From Lama guanicoe (taxonomy: Eukaryota), in contig MU053431.1 of the NCBI GenBank assembly GCA_013239625.1, forward strand, positions 744,001-808,000: a DNA stretch of 64,000 nt. The letters run 5' to 3'. The notes under the pieces were generated by a model, which was not told the DNA's origin, ran no database searches, and saw only the letters and a list, made by a program, of their open reading frames with translations. Positions 13,386 to 25,230 of this stretch are shown in pieces (within the stretch, counting starts at the first letter, position 1; each line of letters opens with the position of its first letter). The translations under genes were made by a program, and so were the position numbers.

Positions 13386-13603
13386 TAAGTTTGCCAGATT
13401 TAGCAAAAGAGAAAAACTACATCTAATTAATTAAATTTCAGTGTCAGATAGTTTTCAGCATATTTATGTCCCATGTGATAAATAATTTCTTTGGTACTAG
13501 TGTGTCCCAAATATTGCATGGAACTGACTTACTCTAGAAAATCGTTCATTGTTTCTCTGAAATTCAAATTTCACTGAGTGCTTTGTATTTACGGGACAAC
13601 CTG
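13386..13603. mobile_element. MER53 non-autonomous hAT element (palindromic MITE)
   Basis: gtttgccagatttagcaaa...aaatttcag at the left end, central tgtcccaaatattgcatgg, and ttgtttctctgaaattcaaatttcactg...gtattt...gacaacc at the right end; matches the recalled MER53 consensus. Confidence 0.8.
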
Positions 13604-13879
13604 AGACCACAGTGCCTTTGCCTAAGCTGTACTCACCGGCCACAAAATGCTGCTTGGACAACATTGTCCTGCTCGCTCCGCACAAAAGCCTAGCTCGGTG
13701 GGCGGAGCAGAGGTCACTGGCTGCACTGAAATGAAGGTGTTCAAGAAAAATCACAGCGCCAGCAGGCGGCAGAGCTCTCACCAAGCTCTGGCTTTTATTT
13801 TAGCCACATTCACGGCTTTACTGGTGGGACAGGTGACCCTTTCCATGGAAGAAGGTGATCGTGTCTCTTTCCACAGCAT

Positions 13880-14295
13880 GTCTTTGCGGCATCACTTTTC
13901 CTTGGGAAGGAAACTTGCCCCATCCTGAGTCCATGTGTTCAGGAGGGACTGATCACAGACCCAGGCACGGAGAGTCTGCAGAGCCCTTCTCCCTGGCCAT
14001 GGCTGTCAGCTCACTGGCCACGCCGAGGACACACCAGTGAGACACAGTCACAGCACTTAGGCTGGAAGTTACTGAGAAAGAGGACTCTCTTTGGGAGGGG
14101 CTTCCAACTTGGTAAGCCATCACAAAGGAAAGAAAAAAGAGAGTGAACCTTGACAAAGTAATTTGATCACCTGGATCCAGCTATGCCTGAAGGCTGATGG
14201 CCTCGGGCTTGAATTTTCTTTATTTCTTTTCTTTCCCCCCTCAATCCAGGTTTACGTGGGTCTCTGCCACTTGCCGACAAAACGGTCCTGAACAC
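13880..14295 (+). mobile_element. MaLR LTR (MLT1K-like)
   Basis: Diagnostic cacctggatccagctatgcctgaag and 3' end gggtctctgccacttgc...ggtcctga. Confidence 0.65.
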
Positions 14296-14344
14296 CTACT
14301 TCCACATTTAAATGTCAGTCTATTGAAATCTGTCCTGGCCAGAA

Positions 14345-14470
14345 ATCATGTATTAAGCGTTTGCTCTGTCCCAGGCAGTGTGACCAGCACAGAGACCCAG
14401 CACGAGCAAGGTCAGCACACCTTCTGCCCTCTCGGAGCTGACTCTCACCCCTAGACAGGCTGCCAGCAGG
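14345..14470 (-). mobile_element. L2 3' end fragment
   Basis: tgtattaagcgtttgctctgtcccaggcagtgtg...ctgccctctcggagctgact. Confidence 0.6.
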
Positions 14471-15719
14471 CCGCGGCCACGCCGTGCTGCCCGGTCTGAG
14501 AGAAGAAGGCTGTCCTAACTCCGGTCCAGCTGAGCTCCTGCCAAGCGCTGAATCCCAGAGCTGAGTCTTCAGGCGGTCTTGGGACTTCTCTCAACAGAGA
14601 GCAGGTCACACAGCCGGGGGCTTGTTAGAGAGACCTCACCGTGCCGCCACTGCCCCAGTCCAAACAGAGGCCACCTTCCCGCGTCACCCACGGGCCTGCC
14701 CCTCCTCCAGCCGCCAACTGAGGGGTAAACCATCTTGTTAAAATACAGAACGCCAGACTGAGACCCCAGACGGCGATGAGTCCTAGCTAGTCCAAGATTT
14801 ACTTTCCAAGCATGAAAGTCAATAAAAACTAATCAGATGTTTACCTCGTTTCCTCGGTAACGACCCCGACACGCCGCCGATTGTCAAACTGAATCTATGT
14901 GCAGGCGCTGCCCCAACTGGGGTCAGGGCTAATTTCTGCATAACACAAAGAACCATCAGAGCGGTTATTCATACCTGGGCCCAGGGTGCTCTGGGCAGGT
15001 GCTGTTAAGCTCATTTCCGTAGGAGGAGGAGCTGCAGCCCAGATTCGAGTGCGCGGAGCAGGGGATTAGGTATGCAGCAGCCATTAACAGTAATGAGAGG
15101 GATGCACCTAATTCCCCAGCATCGTTTTAAAATTTGCTTTATTAAATAATGCTGTGATGTTATGTTAAGTAATGCAATGTTAAGCAGCATTGACTTCAGC
15201 CTCATTAAATAATCTCCTTAACTATCACACTGGAAAACTAGTATCATTAAACAAAGGTGACTTGTCACCAGCCGTGATGTAATCGTGACAGAAGGTTCCA
15301 GATGAGGGAATTAATAAGCAAGGTACCGCATGTATAACGCCACCAAAGGGCTTCGAAAGAGAGGGTGGGCGGGTCCGAAAAACACCTCTGGAGAGAGAAC
15401 CCACAGTTCCCAGATCACTAACTCAGAAAGGGGAGAAAACTGCCCACCCACTTTTGGTCCTGCCCCTCCGTGCCTGGGGCACGACCAGAATTCCAGGAGA
15501 GGTATGGCTGTGGCGTGCTGTTGGGGAAGGAAGGAAACATGACACAGTGGGTCCATTTGTCAGCCTTCCTCTCCGACAGCAAGAAACTGGAGAACACAGT
15601 GGAACGGCCTTCAGTGTCTCCACCCTGACCGTGTCAGAAGAGCCCGTTTCACAGAGAAAGCTGTGATCCTGCCGAGGGAAGCTGCCTTTTACCATCCTCT
15701 TCTCGGCAGCAGTCCGCAG

Positions 15720-16238
15720 CATGGCGCCGCCTCCCAGAGACGCCAGGTCCCACTCCCCAAACCCGGGAGCATGTTAGGCTGCACGGCAGAGCCAAGGGCA
15801 GATTGCTGATCAGCCGGCCTCAAGTCGGGGGAGGCTCCTGGGCGGCCCGAGTGGCGCCCGTGGGAGCATCCTGGTCCTTAGAAGAGGCAGAGGGAGGCAG
15901 GAGAAGAGGGAGGTGGAGTCAGAGGGAGAGATGTGACCATGACAACGGCAGAAGCAGGGTCTGAGCCGGACGGCGGGAGGGCGCCACCCGCATCGCTGGC
16001 TTCGAAGGTGGAGGAAGGCGCCCAGGGATGCCGGCAGCTTCCGGAAGCTGGAGAAGGCAAGAAAACAGATCTTCACCAAGAGCCTCCAGGAGGAAGGGCA
16101 GCCCTTTCGACACCCGCGTTTTCGCCCAGGAAGACCCGTGCCAGGCTTCTGACCTACGGAGCCACCCAGTGATAAGTCAATTTTCAGCCGCTAAGTTGGC
16201 GGCCATTTGTTCCAGCAGCGGGAGAAAGGAAATGCATG
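15720..16238 (+). mobile_element. MaLR LTR (MLT1D-like)
   Basis: gctggcttcgaaggtggaggaagg, ggaagctggagaaggcaagaaaacagat...agagcctccaggaggaa, cttctgacctac and agccgctaagttggcggccatttgttccagcagc. Confidence 0.85.
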
Positions 16239-17194
16239 CACTGTTTGGAATGTCGTCCTGCACTTCCTGGTGGAAACTTGGAGACTTAATACGCCAGCAA
16301 GGGCGCGCCCTCCACCCACGAGCAGCTCCTTCGGTGGCTGGGGAGGCCCGGCTGCTCCACCGCAGGCATTTCAGCAGCAGAGGAGAGAGAGGTTCACAAG
16401 AGACAGACTAACAGACCCACGGCTAGTGTTCACCAGTGCAGAGGCAGCGGGGGGCGACACCCCCAGGTGCTGAGCCCGTCCCAAGGCCCTTTCTCCAACC
16501 AGCTCCCTCTCCTCACTCAGCCTTGACGGTGAGGGAGGACGCACTTGACTTAGGAGCCGAGGAAGCGCGTACTTAGCTGGTCCAGCCCAAGTTCAGAGCT
16601 CCTTCTGGTAAGGCTCAAGAGCAGAATTTGAACCTCCTGGAGGTTTGGCTCCCAAAGCCAGATCCCGCCCGCTGTCCCACAATACCTAGATGCCAATGAT
16701 TCTCAACACACAGCCATCAGTCAGACGCAGCTGCGAGGCCCGCCTTCTGCGTGGGAAACGTGTGCTGCCGACAGTGGGTTGCTCCTGCGTTGCTCCTGCG
16801 AAGGGGCCTTGCCAAGAGGGGTCTTGGATTTACACCAGTCTCTGCACCAGGAGCATAGGCGACACCACTTATCTCCCCACGAGGCTCGCGGGTTAGAAAG
16901 GACAGAATGCCGGGAGGGCTCTCGGTTCAGTCTTTACTACACGAACAGAGGGGCGGTCTGCCATCATCAGCCCGTGGGGGTCTTCGGCCAGGTCTTGTGC
17001 CACAGCGCAGTGCACTCCAGGATGAGGAAGTAGCAGCCGCACGTCCATGTGAGAAATCCTCCCCGCATTGGCCATCGCCCGCCTTGTTACAGGCGTGGAA
17101 GACAAAGGTGCAAAGACTCAAAGAGAGAACCAAAGGGCGTGGCCGGGGGGGCAAGCGCCTACTGCCCGGGGGAGCTTTGTGATGCCAGACACGT

Positions 17195-17348
17195 CCACGG
17201 GTGCCCTTCACAATCAGGCGGCCTCTAGCGACAAGCGGCTAGTGCCCTGTGACCGAGGACCTGAACACGGAAGCTTAGTTCGTTTTAATTAATTTTTAAA
17301 TTAAAATACTCACATCTGGCTAGTGGCTCTTCTATTGGACAGCGTAGA
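17195..17348. mobile_element. MER3-like hAT-Charlie element
   Basis: ttttaattaatttttaaattaaaatactcacatctggctagtggctcttctattggacagcgtag matches the recalled MER3 end. Confidence 0.75.
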
Positions 17349-18704
17349 ATTGAAGAAATGTGTGTGAGCCTACAACGTGTCCATGACACTGCAGTGGCCA
17401 CTGGCCCGCTGGCCCGTTGGCCTTGGAATGTTCAGCCTCGTGGCGAGCGAGGCTCACCCCGACCTCCAGGATCCAGGTGTGTAATCCTTCTGTGAAAAGC
17501 TGTGCTCCCTCGTCCATCATCCTTTCTGTGTCTAAACAGCCCTTCAGCCCGCCTGTCTTGTGTCTGTTTCTTTGCTACCAGACCTATCAATCCGTGTTAC
17601 ACATTGGACTTTGACTGAAACTCGTGCCCTGGGCTGGGCCCCTCCTGGAGCCGTTTTATTGCACACATGGAATTAACACGAGGGCTAATTATAGCTGTCA
17701 GTTAAAAGCATAGCTTGTAATAAAAACGCCCTTCAACTTTTTGGAGTTAACAAAGCCACACGTGGGTGGATGCCCTGTTGAGTAAGGACGGTCCTGGGTG
17801 CGGCGACCCGGGTTCTCCGCACCGGGGACGCTTTTTCTCTCGTCTCACTCCTGGGAGCCAGTGGAGAACCTCACAGCCACTGTCACTCTGGCAGGAGAAA
17901 GACCGCTCCAGACTCACATTTTTCAACTTCACCTTAGCAGTCGCAAGTATCTCCCGATGCCTCAGAGCGCCCAGACCATAATCCAGATTGAATGACATTT
18001 TTAAACGAGGAAATCGAGGTTTATGATCTACTTGCCAGTTTCAGCGTTTTGACCCTCATACTGAGAACCCTACATCTGACAAGGGTTGTCTAGGGTGCTG
18101 TCTGATCGGGCCGCCCAGGGAAATGACAGCCCACAAGGCTCTGCTCCGGCTGCGGGCGCACCGACACCGGCCGCGCTCCTCCGGTCCATCGCAGCAGGAG
18201 GGTATCACCTGCTCTCCTTGAGGCCCCACATTCTGGTCCGCACGCTTGCTGTGAAGTTGTTTTGTTGACCACTGGGGAGCAGAGGTCCTACGGAAACGTG
18301 ATCTCTCAAAGCCAGCTCCCCCTGCACCGGCGGGGTGTGCGGCTCTTAAATATTTGTTCAGCGAAGGCCGCGGCCGCTCCTGAGCCGGGAAAGGGCACGG
18401 GGTAAACAGGCAGCCGCTGGCGCAGCCTCCCAGGCGTTGGGAGGTGGTGTGGGGCCCCCGCGGCGGGTAGGGAGACCACTGCCTGCGAGTTCTGGCAAGA
18501 AGAAGTCAACATTCCTCACTCCTAAGGAAAGACAAAGAAACAAAAACCAACTACGGCTGTGCCAGCCTGTTACGTTCAGGTCCAACGCTGGTTCCCAAGG
18601 TGTGTTCCCGGGCACACTGCCACAACCTGCAGGGCTTTCCTACACAAGTCAAGGCTGCGGACAGACTGCAGCCACGTGAACAAGGAGAAAGGGGACTTGA
18701 TTCT

Positions 18705-18896
18705 GGAGCAGTGGCCGCAACCCTGGCCGTATGTTGGAGTCACCTGGGAAGACTTTTTAAGTGCCAGTGCCCAGATCCCAAAGCCCATTGGATAGTGCTC
18801 CCTGTAGGGCTGGGGCAGTGGCAGTGGGGATCAGTCCCTTAGTTTAAATATCCCCGGGGGATTTTAACATGCAGCGGGTTGGCCACCGCTGACTAG
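18705..18896. mobile_element. MER5A-like hAT-Charlie element
   Basis: gcagtggccgcaaccctggc...gagtcacctgggaagactttttaa...tccccgggggattttaacatgcagcgggttggccaccgctg. Confidence 0.7.
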
Positions 18897-19056
18897 GGGA
18901 GGGGGTGGGGGTCTGGAATTTCCCCAGTGGGAAGGTGACTGGAGAAGCAGGTGTAGACAGGGAAGCTCCTGAAAGTCATGGGGATGGTCCCATGGACAGG
19001 ACCCACCCCTCTGCCACCCTCACACCACGGGCTCAAGGTTCTGAATTCCCGGAGGG

Positions 19057-19105
19057 CAGGCTGACAGCGCTCAGGCTGACGGCGCTCAGGCTGATGGCGC
19101 TCAGG
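19057..19105. repeat. 15-bp tandem repeat, about 3.3 copies (CAGGCTGAYRGCGCT)
   Basis: caggctgacagcgct caggctgacggcgct caggctgatggcgct cagg, read directly. Confidence 0.9.
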
Positions 19106-19341
19106 ACGCAGCCGGGCCCTCAGTGGCGGGGCTGAGAGGAAGGCGCCCCTGTCCCCCTGCTTCCTGAGTGGGAGGAGAGGCGGAAACTACTCCCTGCCTC
19201 AGACACACACAGCCAGGAGGCCGGAGTGAAACCAGCCAGGGGAGTGGACGCTGGGCCCTGAGGTGCCCCCACCAGCCATGGTCCCTGCCTCCAGCGGGTG
19301 CGTATCCTGGGGTGAAAATACGTCTTAAAGTCCCTGGGTTA

Positions 19342-19527
19342 TAGATATACAAGCTTCTCCAGTCAGCACAGGGGGCAGGATTCAATGCCTCGTAATAACC
19401 TAAAATGGAAAAGAGTACAAAAGCGAATGCATGTATGAGTGTGGGTGGCTGAGACGTTACGCTGCCCACCAGAGACGGACACATCGTTCCAAGCGGACTG
19501 CAGCTCAACAGAAATAGTAGTAACAGT
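19342..19527 (+). mobile_element. 5'-truncated lineage-specific L1 3' end with target-site duplication
   Basis: cagcacaggg...gtaataacctaaaatggaaaagag...ctgagacgttacgctgcccaccagagacggacaca resembles a cetartiodactyl/camelid L1 tail. It is flanked by aagtccctgggtta (19328-19341) and aagtctatgggtta (19528-19541). Confidence 0.8.
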
Positions 19528-20419
19528 AAGTCTATGGGTTAAAAAACAGTACAAACCTGTTTGAAGCAAGAAGACGATGTACCACATTCTCCCAAAACAT
19601 TTTAATAATTACAGAGCCTCCCCGCTTTGTATTTTTCACATTTACCGTCGTCATCATTTTAACGACCGTGGCGCAGCGGCGTGAAGCCCATCACCCCTCT
19701 GTCCACCTCCAGAACGTGTTCACTTGGCTGTCACTTGTAGAGCGTGCGGGGTGGGCCAAGCCCTTCGGAAGACACCAGGAGCCCGGGAGGGTGGAGCCCA
19801 GGGGCAGACACCCCTCGGGGCGCCTGTCCTCCCCCTGGGCTGCGGCACAGGCCGTGCTGTTTACCGCTCACAACACACTCAGGACCCGCACACAGACTGC
19901 AGTTTACAAATCTATCTCACACATTCTGAGCAAATTAAATCAGATCAGGCAGAAATTGCCTTAAAGGGAGATAATATTCTGACTAACTTCCCGCTTAAAG
20001 TGGCCACGGTCCCCGGGCCTGCCACACTGGCCCTGTCACCTGGGTCAGACGCGGGAGCAAGCCAGCGGCCCCCAGGTGTCTCTTTCCGAACCGGCTCTGG
20101 GGAGCCCCACTCCCCGAGGGCTCTGGGTTTCCACCCACGGCAGAGGTCAGCTGTCCAGCCAGGAGCGTCAGCGGCGAGGGGCTTTGAGTGCTGCGTGGGT
20201 TTGGGACACTGCTTGTGCAGAATGCAGAAAATGTACAATTGTGTGTTGGGGGGCATTTAAAATGGAGGCAACAATTTTTATAGCTGGAAATTGGAAAACT
20301 CTCGAAAGCTGATGGAAGGAGCCAGAGCGGCCGATGATGAGATGTAAAAGGGAGGTGAAGTCGCCAGTGGGAAGGACAGCTGTGAGGTCTGCCAGACGAC
20401 CCCGGGCAGCTACGGGCTC

Positions 20420-20925
20420 TCGCAGTCGCGGGGTGAAGTCCCCCCAAGTGCACTGACACCCTAACACCCCAGACCCGCGACCGTGCCACCTTACAGAGCA
20501 GAGGGGCCTCTGCAGCTGTGGTTAAGTTTGTGAGCCCTGAGACGGGAGCCGACCCTGGGTTACCTGTCTTTACCACGTGAGTCCTTGAGAGCAGAGAACC
20601 GTTCCCAGCTGTGATCAGAGGAGACGCAGTGATGGAGGGGTGATCACGAGGTGGGGGTGAGAAAGGCTGGACCCGCTGCTGCTGGGTTTGAAGCTGGAGG
20701 AAGAGGCCCAGAGCCAGGATGCAGGTGCCTCCGGAAGCTGGCAAAGGCAGGAAGCGCGTTCTCGCCCGGAGCCTCCGGAGGGAGCCCCGCCTCTCAGACA
20801 CCCCGATCTCAGCCTCGGGAGGCCTATTTCAGACTCTGACCTCCAGACCGGGAGATAACACACTCACACTGTCTAAGCCACTGAGCGTGTGGTGCTTTGT
20901 TACAGCAGCACAGGAAACGAACACG
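20420..20925 (+). mobile_element. MaLR LTR (MLT1D-like)
   Basis: gcctctgcagctgtggttaag, ggaagctggcaaaggcaggaagc...gagcctccggaggga and taagccactgagcgtgtggtgctttgttacagcagcacaggaaacgaaca. Confidence 0.85.
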
Positions 20926-22175
20926 GCTCTGGAGTCAGGCTGCCTGAGTCTGAAGCGCCCAAGTGTATTCCCGGCCCCCACGCGACCCTGCAGAGTGGAG
21001 GCAGTCGGCGAATCCGCGCCACGGGACCGTTTGAAGGGTTAAACGAGGTATGGCCTGAGAGGCGCTTGCCCCTAGTGAGTTCTCCACATGCCTTAAGCCA
21101 CAATTTTAAAAGGAGTAAAGAAAAGAAAGTAAAAAGGTTTTAAAAGGATTTCTTTTTTTAAAAAGAAGGAAGGGACTGTGTGCCACAAAATGCAAAATGT
21201 AGGATTCATAGTGATGTCGAGGCTCTAAATGCTGGCCGTGGGGACAGCAGGCTCGTTGCCGGGTTCTTTTTAGCAGGTACGGATTCTCAGGGCAGTGGTT
21301 CTGCTCGTGAGTGGAGCTGGCCCAGGAGGTCCTCCCTGCTGGGCCCGGGGAGACACGGGCCGCCCCGGTCTCCGCGCTGTTCCTGGGCAGGGCCTCGGCC
21401 GACGGAATGGACACTAAATATAAAGAGGAACCACATGAGAAAACAGTCTCTGGCCGAGTCTGAGGCCAGCCCCGCGCGGTCTTCTGACGGCGCTGGCCAG
21501 GGCAGCATTGCTCCCAACATGAGAAGGAAAGACGTTCCCATTAGTGCTTCATTCCCACACGCCTGCGCTTTCTGAAATGTGAGCTTTCTGTTTCCTTCTT
21601 ACTTTCCGGACATAAAACCAAAGTCCTTGCATTTGTGCCACACGATCTCTGTGCTTTATCTGCCCTTCATCGCTTCTTGCAAGTAAACTCCTGCCTCTTT
21701 GCAGTTTGCCTGCAACCCGCCGCCCTGTGTGCCTCATGGTGTCTTCATTTCCTTGGGGAAGATCCCCCTGCTTCCCCCTCGGCTGGCCTGGAGGGGGTCT
21801 CTCACTGCTGGTCGGATTATAATGCCCCCTGCCCCTCCACCCGCTGCCCGGCGTGGCTGCCCCTACAGGCCCAGCCGAGCTGCGCACAGCGCTGCCTAGT
21901 GGCCAAGAGCCCCAGGCGCGCCCTGCTGGGCACGCACGCTTCAGAGCCTGGCGGGGAAAAGGGGGTTTTTAAGTCACCTTTTCATTTTGTCCCTGCAGTT
22001 CTCTATGCATCTGAGAGCTATGCTGGAATTCACAGAGCAGCAAACTATGAATGAAAGAGAATTAGAGAACGCGCACAGGTGTGTACTGGTGGACTGGGAA
22101 CCACATGAGATGATGGAATGGTCCAGTGGTCCAGCCTGACCCTTGTGTGTGGGACCTGTGATTCAAAAGTCAGAC

Positions 22176-22548
22176 CTAAAGTGAAGCAAAGACGGAGAAG
22201 GACAAATACCAGATGATACCACTTGGATGTGGAATCTGAAACATGACACACACGGACTTACTGACAAAACAGAAGCCGACTCACGGACATAAAAAACACG
22301 CTCATGGCCACCAAAGGGGAAGGTGGGGGGAAGGATAAACTCGGAGTTCGGGATTAGCAGGTGCACGCTGCTGTGCACCAAACAGATGAACGGCAAGGCC
22401 TGCTGTACAGCACAGGGGGCTGGACGCAGCAGCTTGTAACTGCCCATGATGAGCGTGTAGGTGTGTAACTGGGCCACTGTGCAGCACACCTGACGCTGAC
22501 ACAACACGGTGGATCGACCGTCCTGCAGTGAAAGTAAATAAGGAAAAG
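22176..22548 (+). mobile_element. Cetartiodactyl-type L1 3' end
   Basis: gagaaggacaaatacc...tgtggaatctgaaa...caaaacagaagccgactcacggacata...accaaaggggaagg...ggataaa...gagttcgggattagcag...ctgtacagcacaggg...cacctga...acacaaca, followed by an A-rich tail. Confidence 0.88.
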
Positions 22549-25159
22549 CGAGTCTGTCTGTCACGCGTCACAGTTCATCTGTCCGTCGGCCGGCCTCCCG
22601 TCTGCCGCACGCACATGCAGACCCACCCACGTCGCAGGGAAGTGCTGGCCACGCAGTGAAGAGAAAGCACCAGGGACACCGCATCGTATGCTGGGCCCAG
22701 GCACGTGTCTTCCCACCGCGGTGTGTCTGCAGGCTGTGCGGCGACATTCAGTCTTGGCAGGGAAACGCAGACCCTGGGGGCTGGGCTGGGGCGGGGTGCC
22801 CTGCGCTGGGGGACAGGGGCTTGGCCTTGGGCCCCGAGTGGCTCCAGACCTGGTGGTCGGCGGGAGACGCTCGGGTCAGTGGGCTGGGAAGCGGGCCGCG
22901 TGGGTGTCTGGCGGAGGGCAGGCGGCGCCCCCCAAGGGGGCCGGACCAGTTCTCTTCCCTGGCAGTCGATTCGATCAGCACGCTGGCCTGTTGAAGGCAT
23001 GGTCCTGTTTCTCACAAAGGCTGGGCTCCTGCTCTCCGGGGTTCACACCCTCTTCCTTCTCAGCTGCCCCTCCTCCAGACGGGACTGGGAGTGACTGCCC
23101 TCTGGGGCACATGTCCACGCAGTCTGCTAGCTACGGCCAGGAGGGGCTGGCCAGCACAGGCTCCTCCCAGCTTTGGCCTGGCCACTCCCTCTCCTGGGAT
23201 GCCCTGCGGTCACTCCACAGTCTCCCCCAGGAGTTCTGTCCTCTGTGCTGTCGGCCTGGGCCCCCCCAGCTGGAAGTCTCTGGTGTGTTCATACCATGTC
23301 TGTCTGTGTAAGGCGGAAGCCCGGTTCCTTCCACAGCCTCCCTGCGTGCGTGCCAGGCACAACCAGCGAGGGTTAACCCAAGGGAGGAACGTGTTTCCTG
23401 CTGCCGAGGGCCTGGAGAGGCCAAAGTTTCGGTTGCCAAGGACAAAGTGGTCAGTTGTCAAGGAAGAACTGCCTCCCCCGGGCAGGGCCAGTGGCCCATC
23501 AGCTCGGCTCTCGCTGGAGCTGGAGGTTATTCTAACCAAGCTCCGTCCTGCCCACTGTGGGCGGCCAGTTGCCCGGCCCCGGCACCCTCGGCATGTAAGG
23601 CCAGACTAGCCTCAGGAGCGGGGCCGAGCTGGGCACTGTGGGGTGTCTCGCGACACCCCCACCTTCGCCACCAGGCACCAGACCCCCTCGCCAGCCCTGC
23701 CCTCACCCCAGCTGTGGCAGTGAAAACGTCCATCGCCAAGACGTCACGTGGGGCAAGCTCACCTCTGCCCCCTACGGATCGGTCTCCATTCCTCTCCGCC
23801 TGCCTGCCCCGGCATCACTGTGATTTCTTTCCAGGACAAGAAGCTGCGCTTGGTCAGGTCCTGGCTCCTAGTCTTGCACACACGCCCCCGGATCCATGCT
23901 CGTGCCAGTCGTCCAGCCGGAGCCCCCGGCACCCCCATGCTGCCCCCGAAGCTTCCCCGTGTGCGTTCAGACAGGCTGTGTGGCCCCACAGCAGCCCTCC
24001 AGGGAGGGAGAAACGCGCATCCTCCAAGAAGCCGCAAGGGAGGCTGGGCCTGGGCGGGCGCTCAAAGCCAGGCCAGCCGAGGCCAGCCCAGGGCAACTCA
24101 CTGAATGGCCTTCAGCAACATCGTCGCTAGGCGAACGAGGCACTGAGCTCCAAAGAGGGGGGAGACTGAGGGTACGGCCCAATTCTATCCGTCTGAGGGC
24201 CTCTGAATGCTCCTCAGAGGCACGTCCTTCCCAGTTAGCTGCTGCCCCTGACGACGTCTGAGAGAGGTTGGCGTCCGGGGCCCCCCCGCCATCCGCACAC
24301 ACGCTCGGCTGTTAGACGGTGCGTCCGATCACGGAGTCACCACGCTGCCGGCTACTCGACATCATTTTCAAACCACTGCTTTACTTCAACAATGATAAAG
24401 CTTCCTGGCCGCTGACAGTAAGCGGGAAGCCTTCCTACACGCCGGCAGAGCCAGGAAAGGCAATAGTGTCAGAGCTGGGCCTCGCCCTCCCGCCTGGCGT
24501 CTGCTCTTCCCAATTTGCGTTTGCCCAGAGCGCTGGGAAATCCAGAGGCTGGCAGACTCGTTACTCACATCCCACCCCTGTCAATCTCGGTGAGGTTTTA
24601 CATGACTGGATGTGAGTTTGGGGTGAATTATTCAGGTCTCATATTTTGATGAATGGGAAAAAAAGATGCCTGAAGAGAACACAGAATGTGCGTGTTTGTG
24701 CGATTCGGGAAAACAAACGTCACCTTTGCCCCACTTTTACTTCCCATAAAGAATTACCTGTAATCTGTGCTTGCCAAGCAAAGCCCCCTGGGTGGGCGGG
24801 AGCCCTGCCGGCCGCGAGCTCACGGGGAGAGACTTGCGCGTCTCTCTGGGCGGCATTCCCATCCTTATCCGGAAGGGGCGGTAATGGTAACAACAGGGCC
24901 CCTGCCCTGGGCCGTGGGACGCTCGTTTACAGCGTGTGCGGGGACGAATCCGCGTGCTGGCGAGGACTGGACGGACTAGCATCTGCCGTCTGCCCGGTCG
25001 AGGGCGTGAGCCTCCTCTGGCCCCGTCGGGGAAGAGGCCCGGGGTGGCTGTGGCGGTGAGGCCGCCGGGAGCAGGGCTTTGGCCGTTTGCACTGAGAGCT
25101 AAGACTCACTGCCCTGCCCCACGGTACCCCTCTGGGAAATCAGGAGACGTGCACACGGA

Positions 25160-25230
25160 CGCCGGGCCTCAGTTTTCTCATCTGTAAATGAGGGGCAACC
25201 TCCTGACTTCGTGACAGCGCCCTCAGGGAG
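25160..25230. mobile_element. MIR core fragment
   Basis: gggcctcagttttctcatctgtaaatgagggg. Confidence 0.7.
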
